Origin: Amphiscolops sp. MND2022
Lineage: Eukaryota
DNA length: 64,000 bases
Direction of reading: 5' to 3'
NCBI GenBank assembly: GCA_964187785.1
Contig: OZ076413.1
Location: 42,968,001 to 43,032,000, forward strand
The notes beneath the pieces are model-generated. The model was given only the letters and a program-made list of their open reading frames with translations, did not search any database and was not told where the DNA came from. Numbering within the stretch: position 1 is the first letter of the stretch; each line of letters begins with the position of its first letter. This document shows, one piece after another, positions 22,292 to 33,973 of this stretch. Made by a program: the position numbers and the translations under genes.

Positions 22292-25200
22292 TGTGGTAGA
22301 TATAGACTTATTTGTAAACAATACCTGTTAAACCTTAGTCTGAATCTTGCTAACCTTAGTCACTTTGCGTGACAGCCTATATCAAAAACAGTTTGCTTCA
22401 AACATTTCAATTACCACTTCATCAATACAACATTCGATTCCTCTACTTTGTTTTGCTTGAGCTTATCGTCAACATGGCGCTGCGAGCAAATTCAGAAAAT
22501 TCTTCCGTGCAGACTTCGTCATTGACACATTTAGTGGGTCTCCCAGTGTTTTGGCACGATGCAGACGAAAACCCAACTATGGAATGGGACAAGTGGGTGG
22601 ACCTCTTTAAAATTGCTGCAATGGCAAAATATTCAATATCCATCACGGAGCTCACACGTCAAGTGACCGAACAAAGTCCTAGGGTTCGAGCCCTTACTGG
22701 GGACTTGGATGAAGACCCTGCAAACAAGAAAATTGTTAGTGTACTTTACTTATCGTTGGGGGGCGCAGCGAGAAAGCAATTCGGAGATAAATTCCCACAC
22801 ACTACATTATGGGACCTCAAAGCAGGAGAGATGTTAAATTTGTGTACAGAATGCTTCCAGAAAACGAAAAATCGCACCCTAGATCGACATCGTTTCTTCT
22901 CAAGATACCAACAACCCGGAGAATCACTCTGCCAGTATTGGCACGCCTTGAATGGATTGACAGCACAATGTGACTTGGGCGAAATAACAACAACTTTGGT
23001 ACTAGATATGTTCATTCTGCACATAAACAATAAAAAAGTACAAGAAAAACTCTGTACCGAGCCCAAAGAACCCGAACAAGCCCTAGAGTTCGCCATAGCA
23101 TTTGAGGAGGGGGTGAAAAGGCAAAAAGCGTACGAGTCTCATTCGAGTGAAACCCCCAAAACAAGCATAAAAAGCAAACCTGTATTCGCTGTGGAAAAGT
23201 CGAATCCACGGGAATGCTTTAGATGCGGGGAACCAAACTTTACGATGGAGCATGTAAAACTCTGCCAAGCTGCTAATTATCGCTGTAAATTTTGTAAAAT
23301 AGTTGGAGATACTGAAAAATGCTGTAATAAAAAACATCCAAATCGACAAAAGGAGATGGTGAAAAAGCTGAAGAGCAGAAACGAACAGGGAATGCGAAGA
23401 GTCAACTACATTGAAGATACTGAAGACGAACCAGAAGTAGACGAAGAGCAACTTGTATTAAAGATCGAAGGGAAAGGAAGCAAACCCTTCTACATGGAAG
23501 GCCTAATGTGCGGAAATTATTTCAAAGCCATAATAGACACGGGATCCCCGGTATTTATTTTCACAGAGAAAGATTTACAAAAAATCGTGGGCGAGCTGAA
23601 AGTAGTCATCAGAGAGATGATTGAAAACGAGCGATACGTGGACTATAACAAAAAGCCGCTTGAACTTTTGGGCTATCAATTCGTGCGATTAGAAGTGGCA
23701 GGAGTAACCGTGTCCAAGGCGAGAGTCTTAGTGGCGCCGAACTCAGGAAAGTCAATAGTAGGCCGCGATTGGCTAGTTGCTCTCCGCTACAGAATTAACC
23801 AACCAATAGAACGAGGTGAGTGTGAAGGAATTGACAAAAACGTAATTTGCGTCCATCCCGTAAATGAAGTCAAAATTGTAAATTGCGTCAACACAACAAA
23901 TGAGGCGGAAAAAGAGGGACAATTAAGCCCCGAGATAAAGCAATTAATGGGGGATTTTCCAAAATTGTTTACCAGAAAAGGCCGTGTAAAAAACTACGAA
24001 ATCAAAATTAAAATGAATGATAATGCAAGAATTTCTCAGCAAAAGGGACGCCGAGTCCCTATTCAATTACAGAATCAAGTAGACGCCGAAATCAATAAAT
24101 TACTAAAGGAGATGGGCATATTGAGAAAGTTGAAAAGATTCGCGACGATGTATTTATTCAACCAACGGTGATAACTGTCAAGAAAGATAAATCCGTGAAA
24201 ATAGCACTGGACGCGAGGGCGCTAAATGAGTCCATAGCTAAAGACAAATATCAAATGCCGAATTTAGATAATTTAATTGATTTAATTGCTGAGAAATTAG
24301 ACGAAAACAAAACAGGCGAGGCATGGTACTCATCACTAAACATGACCTACGCATATGGCCAAATACCCCTTAATGAATTGACGAAAAGACACTGTAACTT
24401 TCAAATCATAGGTGGAAAATCCACCGGAACAAATCGTTCCACTACTGGCTATTATGGCTTGACCATAATGCCCACAGAATTCCAAAAAGTAATGGACCTC
24501 ACGTTAGCGAATATAAATAGTGTATTTATGTATATAGACGACATTTTAATAGTAACCAAGGGAACAAAGCACGATCATATAAATAAAGTGAGGGAAGTCA
24601 TGAAAATACTTGATGAAGCGAATTTGCAGTTGAAAGCTGAAAAATGCGTAATTGCGAAGACCAGCATAGAATGGCTGGGGTACAAATTATCAAGAACTGG
24701 CATATCCCCCATTAACACAAACGCCCAGGGAATAAGCAGCAGATTGAGGCCAACAAATTTAAAACAGTTACGATCATTCCTGGGCGCAGTCAATCAATTT
24801 ATTAAATTCATCCCCAATTTAGCAACGATTAGCTACCCATTTAGATCAATATTGAAAAAGGACGCGGAGTGGAAGTGGAAAAAAGAACATGAAGAAGCAT
24901 TTTTAAAAATTAACCAAGAAAAAAGTAAAACTGCAGAACTGTCACATTTTAAACGGGACAAAGAAAATAAAATAGTTTGCGACGCTAGCAAACAAGGTCT
25001 AGGCGCAGTTTTGTAACAAATTCAAGAAAACGGTGAATGGCGACCAATTTGTTTCGCGTCAAGATTTTTAACAGATTTTGAAGCCAAATATTCAATAAAT
25101 GAATTAGAATTATTAGCCATTGTATGGGCCATCGAACATTTTAAAAATTATGTATTTGGTGTACAGTTTAAAGTAGTATCAGATCACAAAGCACTCAGCT

Positions 25201-27536
25201 CAGTTTTGAAACCCAATCGAGGAAATAAGACTTTTTCGAGCAGGCTAACGAGATGGGTAGATAGACTTTTACCATTTCAATTTGAAGTAGAACACGCCGC
25301 AGGAAGAACATTAGGAATGGCAGACTACCTATCCAGACATCCCTCCGAAATGCAAGGGGCAACGGTAAAAGCTGAAACCCTCTGGAATGAATGGTTCACT
25401 GTAAATAGTGTAATTAGTTTAAATGATGTTTTAGAAGCCAACGCGACGACCAGCGAGAATAGAGCGAATGATGAAAGCGAGCGGAATAGCATTTACCGCG
25501 TAATCGATGCAAAGAATTCTCAGCCAATCAGAAAGCAGGACGAACGCGACTTGAGGCAACAAAGTAAGATTCACTGCAGCCAAAGTGTTAAACGTGTTAA
25601 AGTCGCAAGAATGAGTCAAAATCAGCAATCATGCTTTTAAATGAAAAGATGTCACCTGCAAACTATGCGGCGGACAAAACTATTCAGAGAGTAATTGCAA
25701 TTATAAAAAAGTACAACAAAACTGCGGTAAATCGACTCCCCCCTCCATGGCGGGAAAAATTCCAATCGTTTTCCCTCGATAGCCGTGAATTCTTCTCCAT
25801 GGACAATAGATTAGTGATACCTCAGTCAATGAGACAATTGATAATGTGTTCATTACATTACGGTCATCCCGGAAGGGACGCAATGTTATCCATGGTAGCT
25901 GATATTTGGTGGCCCCGAATTCATCGGGAGGTCATCGATCAAGCCCGTTTATGTGAAAACTGTCTCCAAGCAGGTAGAATTTAAAATGTGTCCTAAGTCA
26001 AACGGCTAATGGAAAAATCCCTGTAGCTAAGGAACAAAACGAAGAAATAGCGATAGATTTTGCGGGCCCATTCCAAAACGCAAAGGAAGGAAAAAAGTAT
26101 TTACTAGTCTCGATTGATCTTTTCTCAGGATGGCCGGACGCGAAATTTTTACATAAACCAACAACTAAAAAAGTGTTAGAGTTTTTAAAACAGTACATAG
26201 CGCAATACGGAGTACCCAAGAAGATAAGAACAGACCCAGGTACAGTATTCATGAGCGAAGCGTTCAAAAAGTTTTGTAAACAATTTTGCATTGAGCATAT
26301 AACTTGTCCAGTACGCGATCACAAGGGAAATGGAAAAATTGAGCGACTGATAAGGACGATTAACGAACGTTTACGCGCGAATAAACAAATAATACTAACT
26401 AAGGACCAATCAGGCTTATCAGAAATACTATACGCACTGCCCATAAGTGAGCGAAAAGACGGTAAATCACCATTTGAAAAACAACTAGGTAGAGAACCGA
26501 ATACAGTGAAATCAAACGCAGTGAGCAAATTTCTAGACATTTCAGAACAAGACAACAGCCTGGAATTCAGCCCAACAGACTTCCAAGATGATCTAGACTC
26601 AACTGTCTTGGTGAGGGAGAGGTCCCGCGGATCCAAGCTGGAAGGGGCATTTGAACGAAAAACAGGACGTGTCCTAAACGAAACAGAACACACGATTTCA
26701 ATTCTACCTGAGGCATCAAAGAAGGTGAAGATGTACTCGAAACGCGACATTGCAAAGCTATCAAAAGATCAAAGAAAAATAGTTGGCACCCAGAAAAGAA
26801 ACCGCGCAGTACTGGATACATCTAGCAACGATGAAGAACCGCCAAAGGAAACAAACATGAAATAGAAGACAAACCAGAAAATTCAAGAAATTTCCTTCGA
26901 CCTTGAGAATGAAGAACGCCCGGAAATAATCGACATCGCAACTAGCAGCACAGATGGGGGTGATGAGTCAAAAAGAGGTTTTGAAATAAAAACCGAAACT
27001 GATAAAGAAAAGAAAAATGAAGAAGCCCCGGGGAACAGCGCAAACCCCATCAATGCAACAATTCGATGGGAAGTGGAGAAGCCAGGGCCAGCCAGGGTAC
27101 TGGACAGAAAGAGAGTCCCAACAAAGAGATATGGGATCGATCTGATCTCGAAAACAACAACAGAATAGAAGAAAAAGACTACAATTCTGCTAAACGCAGA
27201 AATTTTAGTTGTACCAAAACAATCTTAATCGTGTTGTACAATCTTAACATTTGTGTTGTGCTAATCAAATGTAACAGCTATTAACATTTACATTTGTATT
27301 TATTAAACATTCAAATTTGAGGAAAGAATTGTAAAAACCCGTAAAAGGGGGAGTGTGGTAGATATAGACTTATTTGTAAACAATACCTGTTAAACCTTAG
27401 TCTGAATCTTGCTAACCTTAGACACTTTGCGTGACAGCCTATATCAAAAACAGTTTGCTTCAAACATTTCAATTACCATTTCATCAATACAACATTCGAT
27501 TCCTCTACTTTGTTTTGCTTGAGCTTATCGTCAACA
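22292..27536 (+). mobile_element. Ty3/Gypsy LTR retrotransposon (Mag-like) with both LTRs
   Basis: 183-bp TG..CA LTRs at 22292-22474 and 27354-27536, with two differences seen. TSD GTGTG. PBS TGGCGCTGCGAGCA (tRNA-Ser-like). PPT AAAAGGGGGAG. Confidence 0.97.
22474..26865 (+). pseudogene. Gypsy Gag-Pro-RT-RNase H-integrase with frameshifts and a stop
   Basis: Knuckles CFRCG..H..C and CKFC; protease IIDTGSP; RT YIDD; RNase H CDASKQGLGAVL*; integrase HYGHPG..CENC, TDPG, GNGKIERL. Breaks near 24.1 kb, 25014, ~25630 and ~25980. Confidence 0.93.
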
Positions 27537-27825
27537 GTGTGGCATATCCTAAATGTGTCACTTTGGCTAAAAAATAATAAGGCTATTTGTATAGCTCAGT
27601 TTATAAAGTTAAAAGTTTCGAGCCAGGAGATTTGCAGGTACTTTGCTACTGAGACCTAAAGATCCCACGTGACAAGACCCACATTTTCCTCCAAGTCATT
27701 TTATTCCAAAAAGTGTAATTAAAGAGTTCACTTGAAACAAGCTTTTATGAATACCAAGCAACGGGCTTGGAAGTTTTGAGATCTCAAATACGGCATAGCG
27801 ACAACTCATATCAGGCGTTAACTCA

Positions 27826-29024
27826 TTACACTTGCGATAAGCAAGTGTTATGGGAAAGTGCGGGTGCTTTTTTTCCGCGCGACAACTCTCTCATTTCACG
27901 CGGCAACTCGCACGTTTCACGCGTTCGTGGTCTAGTGGTAAGATGCCTGCTTTTCAACCCAGAGGTTTCGTGTTCGAACCCGTGGGTATGCGCTAATTTT
28001 TTTACAAGTATTCCGAAGCAGAAAGTTCTCACAGTTTTTGGCACTATGAGACTTTTCGGCTTTGTGAGTCTTTTTTTCGAAATTTTTTAAATGTCCCCAA
28101 AGAGTCCTTCTTTCATTTTTTTTTGATATTTTGCAACAGAACGAATGTTAAAAAATCCCAAAAGGCCCCCCTTTTTTCAGAGTTTTCGGCACTATGAGAC
28201 TGTTCGAAATTCTCATTTTTGTTTTTTTTGAAAATTTTTTAAAGACTCCTCATTTTTTGTTTTTTTTTCCAAAAATTTTCAATGTTTACAGAGGGTCCAC
28301 CCTTCTGTTTGTTTGATATTTTGCAACAGAACGAATGTTGAAAAATCCCAAAGGGTCCCTTTCTCCAGATTTTTCGGCACTATGAGACTGCCATTAAAAT
28401 TTCTAATTTTTGTTTTTTTTTCGAAATTTTTCCAAAGAGTCCCCCTTCAATTTTTCGAAATTTTGCAACAGAATGGGTATTAAAAAATCTCAAAGGGTCC
28501 CCTCTTTCACAGTTTTCGGCATTGTGAGATTTTACAAAAGGAATAATTTTCGTGTTAAAATTTCGAGGTTTTCTCCGGTCCAGCACGCTATATCCGATTT
28601 TTGTTTTTTTTTTAATATAAAAAAAGACCAGTTTTTTTTCTATGCGACTTTTTTTTTAAATTTGTTTCACCGAAGCCCCTCAATTTTTGCCGGAAACGAA
28701 AAGTTTTGCGAGAGTTAAGGACTCCTCAAGGTTTTCGCCACTATGCGACTTACCGGAGACCATCAAAAATATTTTTGAAAAATTTTTTTCCTCATTTTTT
28801 TGTTTTTTTTTTTAAAGGTTTTTCGTTGAGAAAGATGGTTTTTGCTGTTTTCAGTTGGGGAAGAATGGTTCTCGAGACTTATGCGTATCCCTTCGGGTAT
28901 TTTTGGCGCTGTAAAATTGATGAAATTTTAATGTCCTTTTACCCTTGGTTCTTCGTATGATATTGCTTGTTTGGTTTCTTCAAAAGTTCGCAAGTGTTTG
29001 CGAAGCACGGCTTCGCCTCTGTGT
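27826..29024 (+). mobile_element. HINE/DINE-1-like element, family B, with an internal tRNA-derived segment
   Basis: 5' TTACACTTGCGATAAGCAAGTGT (subTIR plus IR). 3' CGCAAGTGT, hairpin GCGAAGCACGGCTTCGC, then CTCTGTGT. Internal AAAGGGTCCC / TTTTGCAACAGAA repeats. Confidence 0.7.
27921..27993 (+). pseudogene. tRNA-derived sequence resembling tRNA-Glu(TTC), inside the family B element
   Basis: A box TGGTCTAGTGG, anticodon region CCTGCTTTTCAACCCAG, B box GTTCGAACC, then a T run. The stems are imperfect. Confidence 0.6.
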
Positions 29025-29060
29025 ATCAATTTGAAAAAGCGACAACGCATATCAATTAGG

Positions 29061-29630
29061 AACTAGCCGGGACCAGTCCAAGTCGGCACCCCGCTCAAGT
29101 CTCAAAAAACCAAGTTTCTATTTCTTAAATATGCACAGAACACTATTGTTTAAGTTTGATTAATTTCTCAGTGCCGAAAAAAAAACAGACGGGATAAGCA
29201 TAAGATTGGAAAACAACTTTTTCCCCAACTGGAAACACAAAAAAGCATGTTTTGAGAATTGAATTTTTTCGAAGGTTTTCATCGGGAATGAGTCTCATAG
29301 TGCCGAAAAGAAAACGTTTAGCTCGCAGAACGCTTTGTTCTTCCTAAAACCAAAAAGCTGTTAAAAATCAAATTTTGTCGATTAGAGAAATTTCTGAAAA
29401 AATAGTGCACAGTGCCGAAAAAATTATAAAGGAGGACTTTTTCGTCTTCCCTACTTTTGCTAACGTAAATATTGTTGTTTAGTGCGACACTCAAACCCAC
29501 GTACTCCTGCTTATCAGACATTGCCACCAGGACAGAAAACCCTCGTTAATCACTAGGCCAAGTAGCAGTGAGAAGACATTAACTTATAGAAATGTTCATT
29601 GAAATCTGTCAAATCACTGGTCTTGAAACA
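29061..29630 (-). mobile_element. Divergent family-A-related HINE with a tRNA-like segment (~29481-29563)
   Basis: Terminus aactagccgggaccagtccaagtcggcac and gtgccgaaaa repeats. On -, TGGCCTAGTGA..GCAGGAGTACGTGGGTTTGAGT resembles 61004-61077. The far end is unclear. Confidence 0.5.
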
Positions 29631-30389
29631 AAATTCAGCTAAAGCACATTATTTCCAAACCACGGCCTGCTCCTTAGTAAGACGCAATTTACTTCAGATA
29701 TAACGTCGAAGTTCAGTTATAGCGCAATAATTTCGAACTTCTTTAGTGAAGTGCAACTTACTCCGTATATAACGTATATAACATTGAACAGGAAACATTC
29801 TCCAGGAAAAGTTTTATCCTGTATACGTTATATCCCGTATGCGTTATCTCAGGTTAACAGTAAATACGATATGGGTTGCGTTATTGTCGAATGGGACTCC
29901 TTAATGCTGTTTACAGCGTAATTGTAATATATAGAAGGCCAAGAGATACTTTCCCAAATTTGGAGAACTTTGTTGAACTTTGGCTGGTTCAGGCGAATCG
30001 AAAAAAAACGGACGAAAAGCCATGACAGCAGTCGACTGTTTTGTACAGTAAAGCTCCGACAAAAAACTGATGTCTCACATCAGACTTGCCAATGTTACAA
30101 CTATCTGAATATAACTTCAGGAACAACCTTTAATCAACTGCAAATACAAATTGCAAAATTTATTGAGCATTATTTAGCATTTTGTGCGTTTCTTTAACAA
30201 TTATTTTTCTGCAACCTTTTTGGGTATGATTATCCATTAGACTGATTGTTCCCATCTTGTTACTATTTTCTAAGTTTTATTTGTGCGATGGAGGGAATAT
30301 TATTGAAACATGAATTATTCATTTTTTCCAGTTCAATTTTGTCTGATTCCCAGTACTTACTGAAAAATTCAGATATTTTGTTCGGTAAT

Positions 30390-32155
30390 GAGTATGAGCG
30401 TGAGTTTAAATTTTCTCAAGCTACCGACAACAAATTGTTTCTCGTGCGATGGGACGAGTGAGTTGTAATTGTCCATACGTACGCCGAATTCATTGAGATG
30501 AAGCGAGGTAATTGACGTGTGCGACTTATGGCAAACAAATAGAAAGAAACTAACTCTAACTTTAGAAACTCAAAAAGACGTGTCTAATATTTTTTGAAAT
30601 TTCATGCAATTAACTTTATAAATAACAAGCGCAGTTTCATTTTATTTTCTTTTATTCTCCCCACCAGCCCTGATTTCTGAACACGCACGCTGTTCACTCC
30701 TTAGCTCTGCGACGCTATTTATTTTATTCGGTCGTGACGTCAATCGATGTCATTCTCTCATGGACGCTACATCCACCAAAATACACAGCGAAAACTTTCG
30801 TTTGCATGATCATTTGACCACCTAACGTCATGTTATGTCATTTCCGACAGCCAATCAAGAACGAAGATTTTTTTACTGACAAAGTGGTCAAGTTTGGTTC
30901 AAAAGCAGACCAAATTTTCATCTCTCAGAGCTCTCCATTGTCCGTAACACTAAATCGACAATTTCATAATCTTCAACGCTACAATCTGCATTTCCAGGCT
31001 CCATCTCCGTCATCAGCGCGCAGCATTTGTGAGTCAAATATTTCAACTTTCTCACGTAGCTTTCGCTTTCATCTTGCTAAGAATTTTCTCATATTCTGAC
31101 TTAACTTCGATTCAATCATAATTTTCAATTCTACTGTCAAGTGAAAATGAAAAAAATCTTAAACTACCTAAAACTCTACTCTCAAGCAAAAGCAAGTTAG
31201 GTGTTTGTTTATTTTCAATCTAAAGCAAATTCAAGCCTGCTTTCAAGGTAAGTAAAGCAATTTTTTATTAATCAGAAGGCCAAACAGTTCTTAAATTGAA
31301 ACAAATAGTAGCCGAAAAGCACTCTATAAAACCAGTACAACAGTTTGTTGTTCCTAACCAACGAGTAGCGACTCGCTCTCTTCCCCAGTCCGTGACAATC
31401 GGTGGACAAAAAACAACGTGCAAGCTATCGACGCTTTTAATAACGAAGCTTCACCTCCTAGTCTGCTAAAATATTATATTAACAAAAAGAAACTCTTTTC
31501 TTCAACTTAATTTATATTATTCGAGATAACTATAGAGTTTCATTCAATTGCATTCTTTTTTATTCTTTTTTGTGCATTTTGCTTTTGTATAACTCATATT
31601 TAATACAATTTTAATATCAAAAAAAGAAAGGTTCAATGTTCATTATCCAGGACGAAAACGCTCTTTTATCCGGGCCGTAAAAATAAAAAATTTCCTTTCG
31701 AACTCACACCTGAGACGACCTTTGTTGAAGTGTAGGAATGCACTGTCGAAATTTTGAGTACGAGATTACTTAAAGATTTCGAACAAGAAAAAGAAAACAC
31801 GCGAAGAACTCGTAACATAAATCACAATTAAGGCTTATAATTTTTCCAAAACAATCATAGTCAAAGCACTCACAGAACACTTCACAGAATGTTCGTAAAC
31901 AAACCTCCGTACGCCAAGTTATTGAGATAAGGCGAACGAGTGTTATCTAGTTGTTCGGCGAGAGCTTTGTTTTCATTCAAATGGGAATGCGAATCTTAGT
32001 CTACGCTTAGCAGTTATATTTTCGTTAGTCCTATGAGAATTAAAGGCGGTGTAAACTGGTAGAGTGATTAATTGTGCGCTATATAATTGATTAAGATATG
32101 CTTCTATTATTGAACATGAAAGCCTAAAAACGGAAATGATACTGTGCCCCGCAGG
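30390..32155 (+). repeat. GATGAAGCGA-unit repeat copy split by a 1.38-kb insert (30508-31887)
   Basis: The two flanks join up colinearly with the 18600-19000 copy. Confidence 0.65.
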
Positions 32156-32387
32156 TTCCTATTTTTTGTAATAGTGACCTATCATTAAACTAATGTTTTC
32201 TAATATTTCATCTCTCTGTCTGATGAAATAATGCGATAAAATTTTCTAGAGATTTTCATTTTCTGATATGAGTTTTGATTGACATGAGGTATCGCTTGAT
32301 ATGATTTGTCGCTTCTTCAATTTGATCGGAGTTGTCGCTTGATATGAGTTGTCGCTTGATACGAAATTTCGCCGTACGCTCAAATAC

Positions 32388-32678
32388 TTAGTAGGTTTTT
32401 GCTATTTCGTTCCAGGCATGAAAATGTGTCCAAAATATCGTTGCATGGAAATGCAATGAAGCTCCATCAATTTGATATGGGCAGTGATTAGTCTCTCTCA
32501 AGGTTACTGAAAATTTAAAAACCCTTTTGTAATTTGAAAAGTCAAAATCAGCGCAAAAACTTTCGCAATTTTTGTTTCGGGAAACGAGGAAATATTCCTT
32601 TTGGTAATGATCCTTGTCGTCCACACTTCGGATAGAGAGGCAGCTAAGACAGAGATATCCTTCGTGACTGTGGAACTC
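32388..32678 (-). CDS. C2H2 zinc-finger gene, downstream exon (3' boundary uncertain)
   Basis: ttctcag acceptor, then EFHSHEGYLCLSC.... EFH completes the finger begun in 40222-40441 (KHII|EFH). The frame stays open to 32388, but a donor at 32585 is possible. Confidence 0.6.
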   Translation of the reverse strand, partial: EFHSHEGYLCLSCLSIRSVDDKDHYQKEYFLVSRNKNCESFCADFDFSNYKRVFKFSVTLRETNHCPYQIDGASLHFHATIFWTHFHAWNEIAKTY

Positions 32679-33028
32679 CTGAGAATACACCAGATGAACT
32701 CATCAAAAAAATGAAGACTGGTTCCAAAAAGAAATTATCCAATGAAACCTCAATGCCAACTTTAGGATTTTTTGAACTTCAGCATTGTTTCTTACTCTTC
32801 CATCAAAAAGCAACCGTTAATACAAACTATTCAACTTAAGTGCAACAAGACATTAGACATTAATAGCTAACAAGACGTCAGCTAAATACCTGGATATTCT
32901 CCGTCACACTCGTATTGCACAGAAAAGTATGGCGAAAGCGAGGCTAGAAAGAACGCCACTCTACTCAAATAAGCAAGAAAGTATGGCGCGGGCGACCTAC
33001 TGCCTGGTAAAGCAGATCAATATGTTAA

Positions 33029-33100
33029 GCTTTAGCCCTGGCTCGAACCCACGACCTACTGACTGGCAGGCGGACGCTCTACCAACTGGGCCACCGTGAC
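33029..33100 (-). pseudogene. tRNA-derived sequence or SINE head
   Basis: On -, GGTGGCCCAGTTGGTAGAGCG..GGTCGTGGGTTCGAGCC gives A and B boxes. The acceptor stem does not pair. Confidence 0.55.
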
Positions 33101-33973
33101 TAAATTGAATTGATTATACCACAAAGTGGATTTTTGGCAAAAATTGGAAAAAAACTCAACACAGATGGTGATTTTCCTCCCTCAACACAAATGAATTTGT
33201 GAGGGCAGAAAATAATACTAATTTCTTCGGTGAAATCAATGATTTGTTCTCGCCCAGCTGTACCAGTGAATACTTCGAACAATAGCAATAGCATAAGTGG
33301 TTTGAACAACCCCATTTGAAGTAAGACTTTCCTTCAAAATTTATATAGAAGACAATGCATTATCTTTTCGAGGAACTTCAAAGTATCACGATTTTCAAAA
33401 ACTTCGAATGAGCAAATGAGCAACTTCCGGGAGTAATTGGAGGAATGTGTCTGAATCTTTCAAGATTCTTCGATCTAATTGATAGGACTTTTGAAGGATT
33501 GATATACTTTTTTAAGGGCGGCGACAGTTTCGTTGTGGGAAATTTCGTCGTATTAATTAGACTTAAAATTAGAATTACTTTACCAAATTTTTTAAAAAAT
33601 GTTCAACAATTGCGGAATATGTGGTAAAAAATTCTGTGACAATGGAAGATTTTTATTGAATTGTTAAAATTTTGCTTGCGACGACGTAAACTTTTTCCAA
33701 CTTACTTGGAGATGAGCCATGGCGTTTTCAAGCAAGTACTTGGGGGTTAGACCAGTCTTGGAGTTTTTGGCGCAGATCAGACACATGGCTGTGTACACAC
33801 CTGCTCTCATTCTGCTGGCCGGGATCTTTGGAGGTTTCTTGAGTGAACACAAAACGCATATGTTCACTTTTTCAACGTTATGTTGATCCTAAAAATACAG
33901 ATAACTCTCAACTACAAGTTTTTAAAAATAACAAAACGATGAAATATGCATCATAATTCCAATTTGTTATCGA

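Noticed and set aside
22369..22473. N-terminal part of the 600-aa ORF
   Set aside because: It lies within the LTR and begins at a non-ATG codon.
27921..27993. Functional tRNA gene (likewise 33029-33100, ~60745-60801 and 61004-61077)
   Set aside because: Acceptor and anticodon stems are mispaired and the sequences sit in repeats, so they are treated as tRNA-derived.
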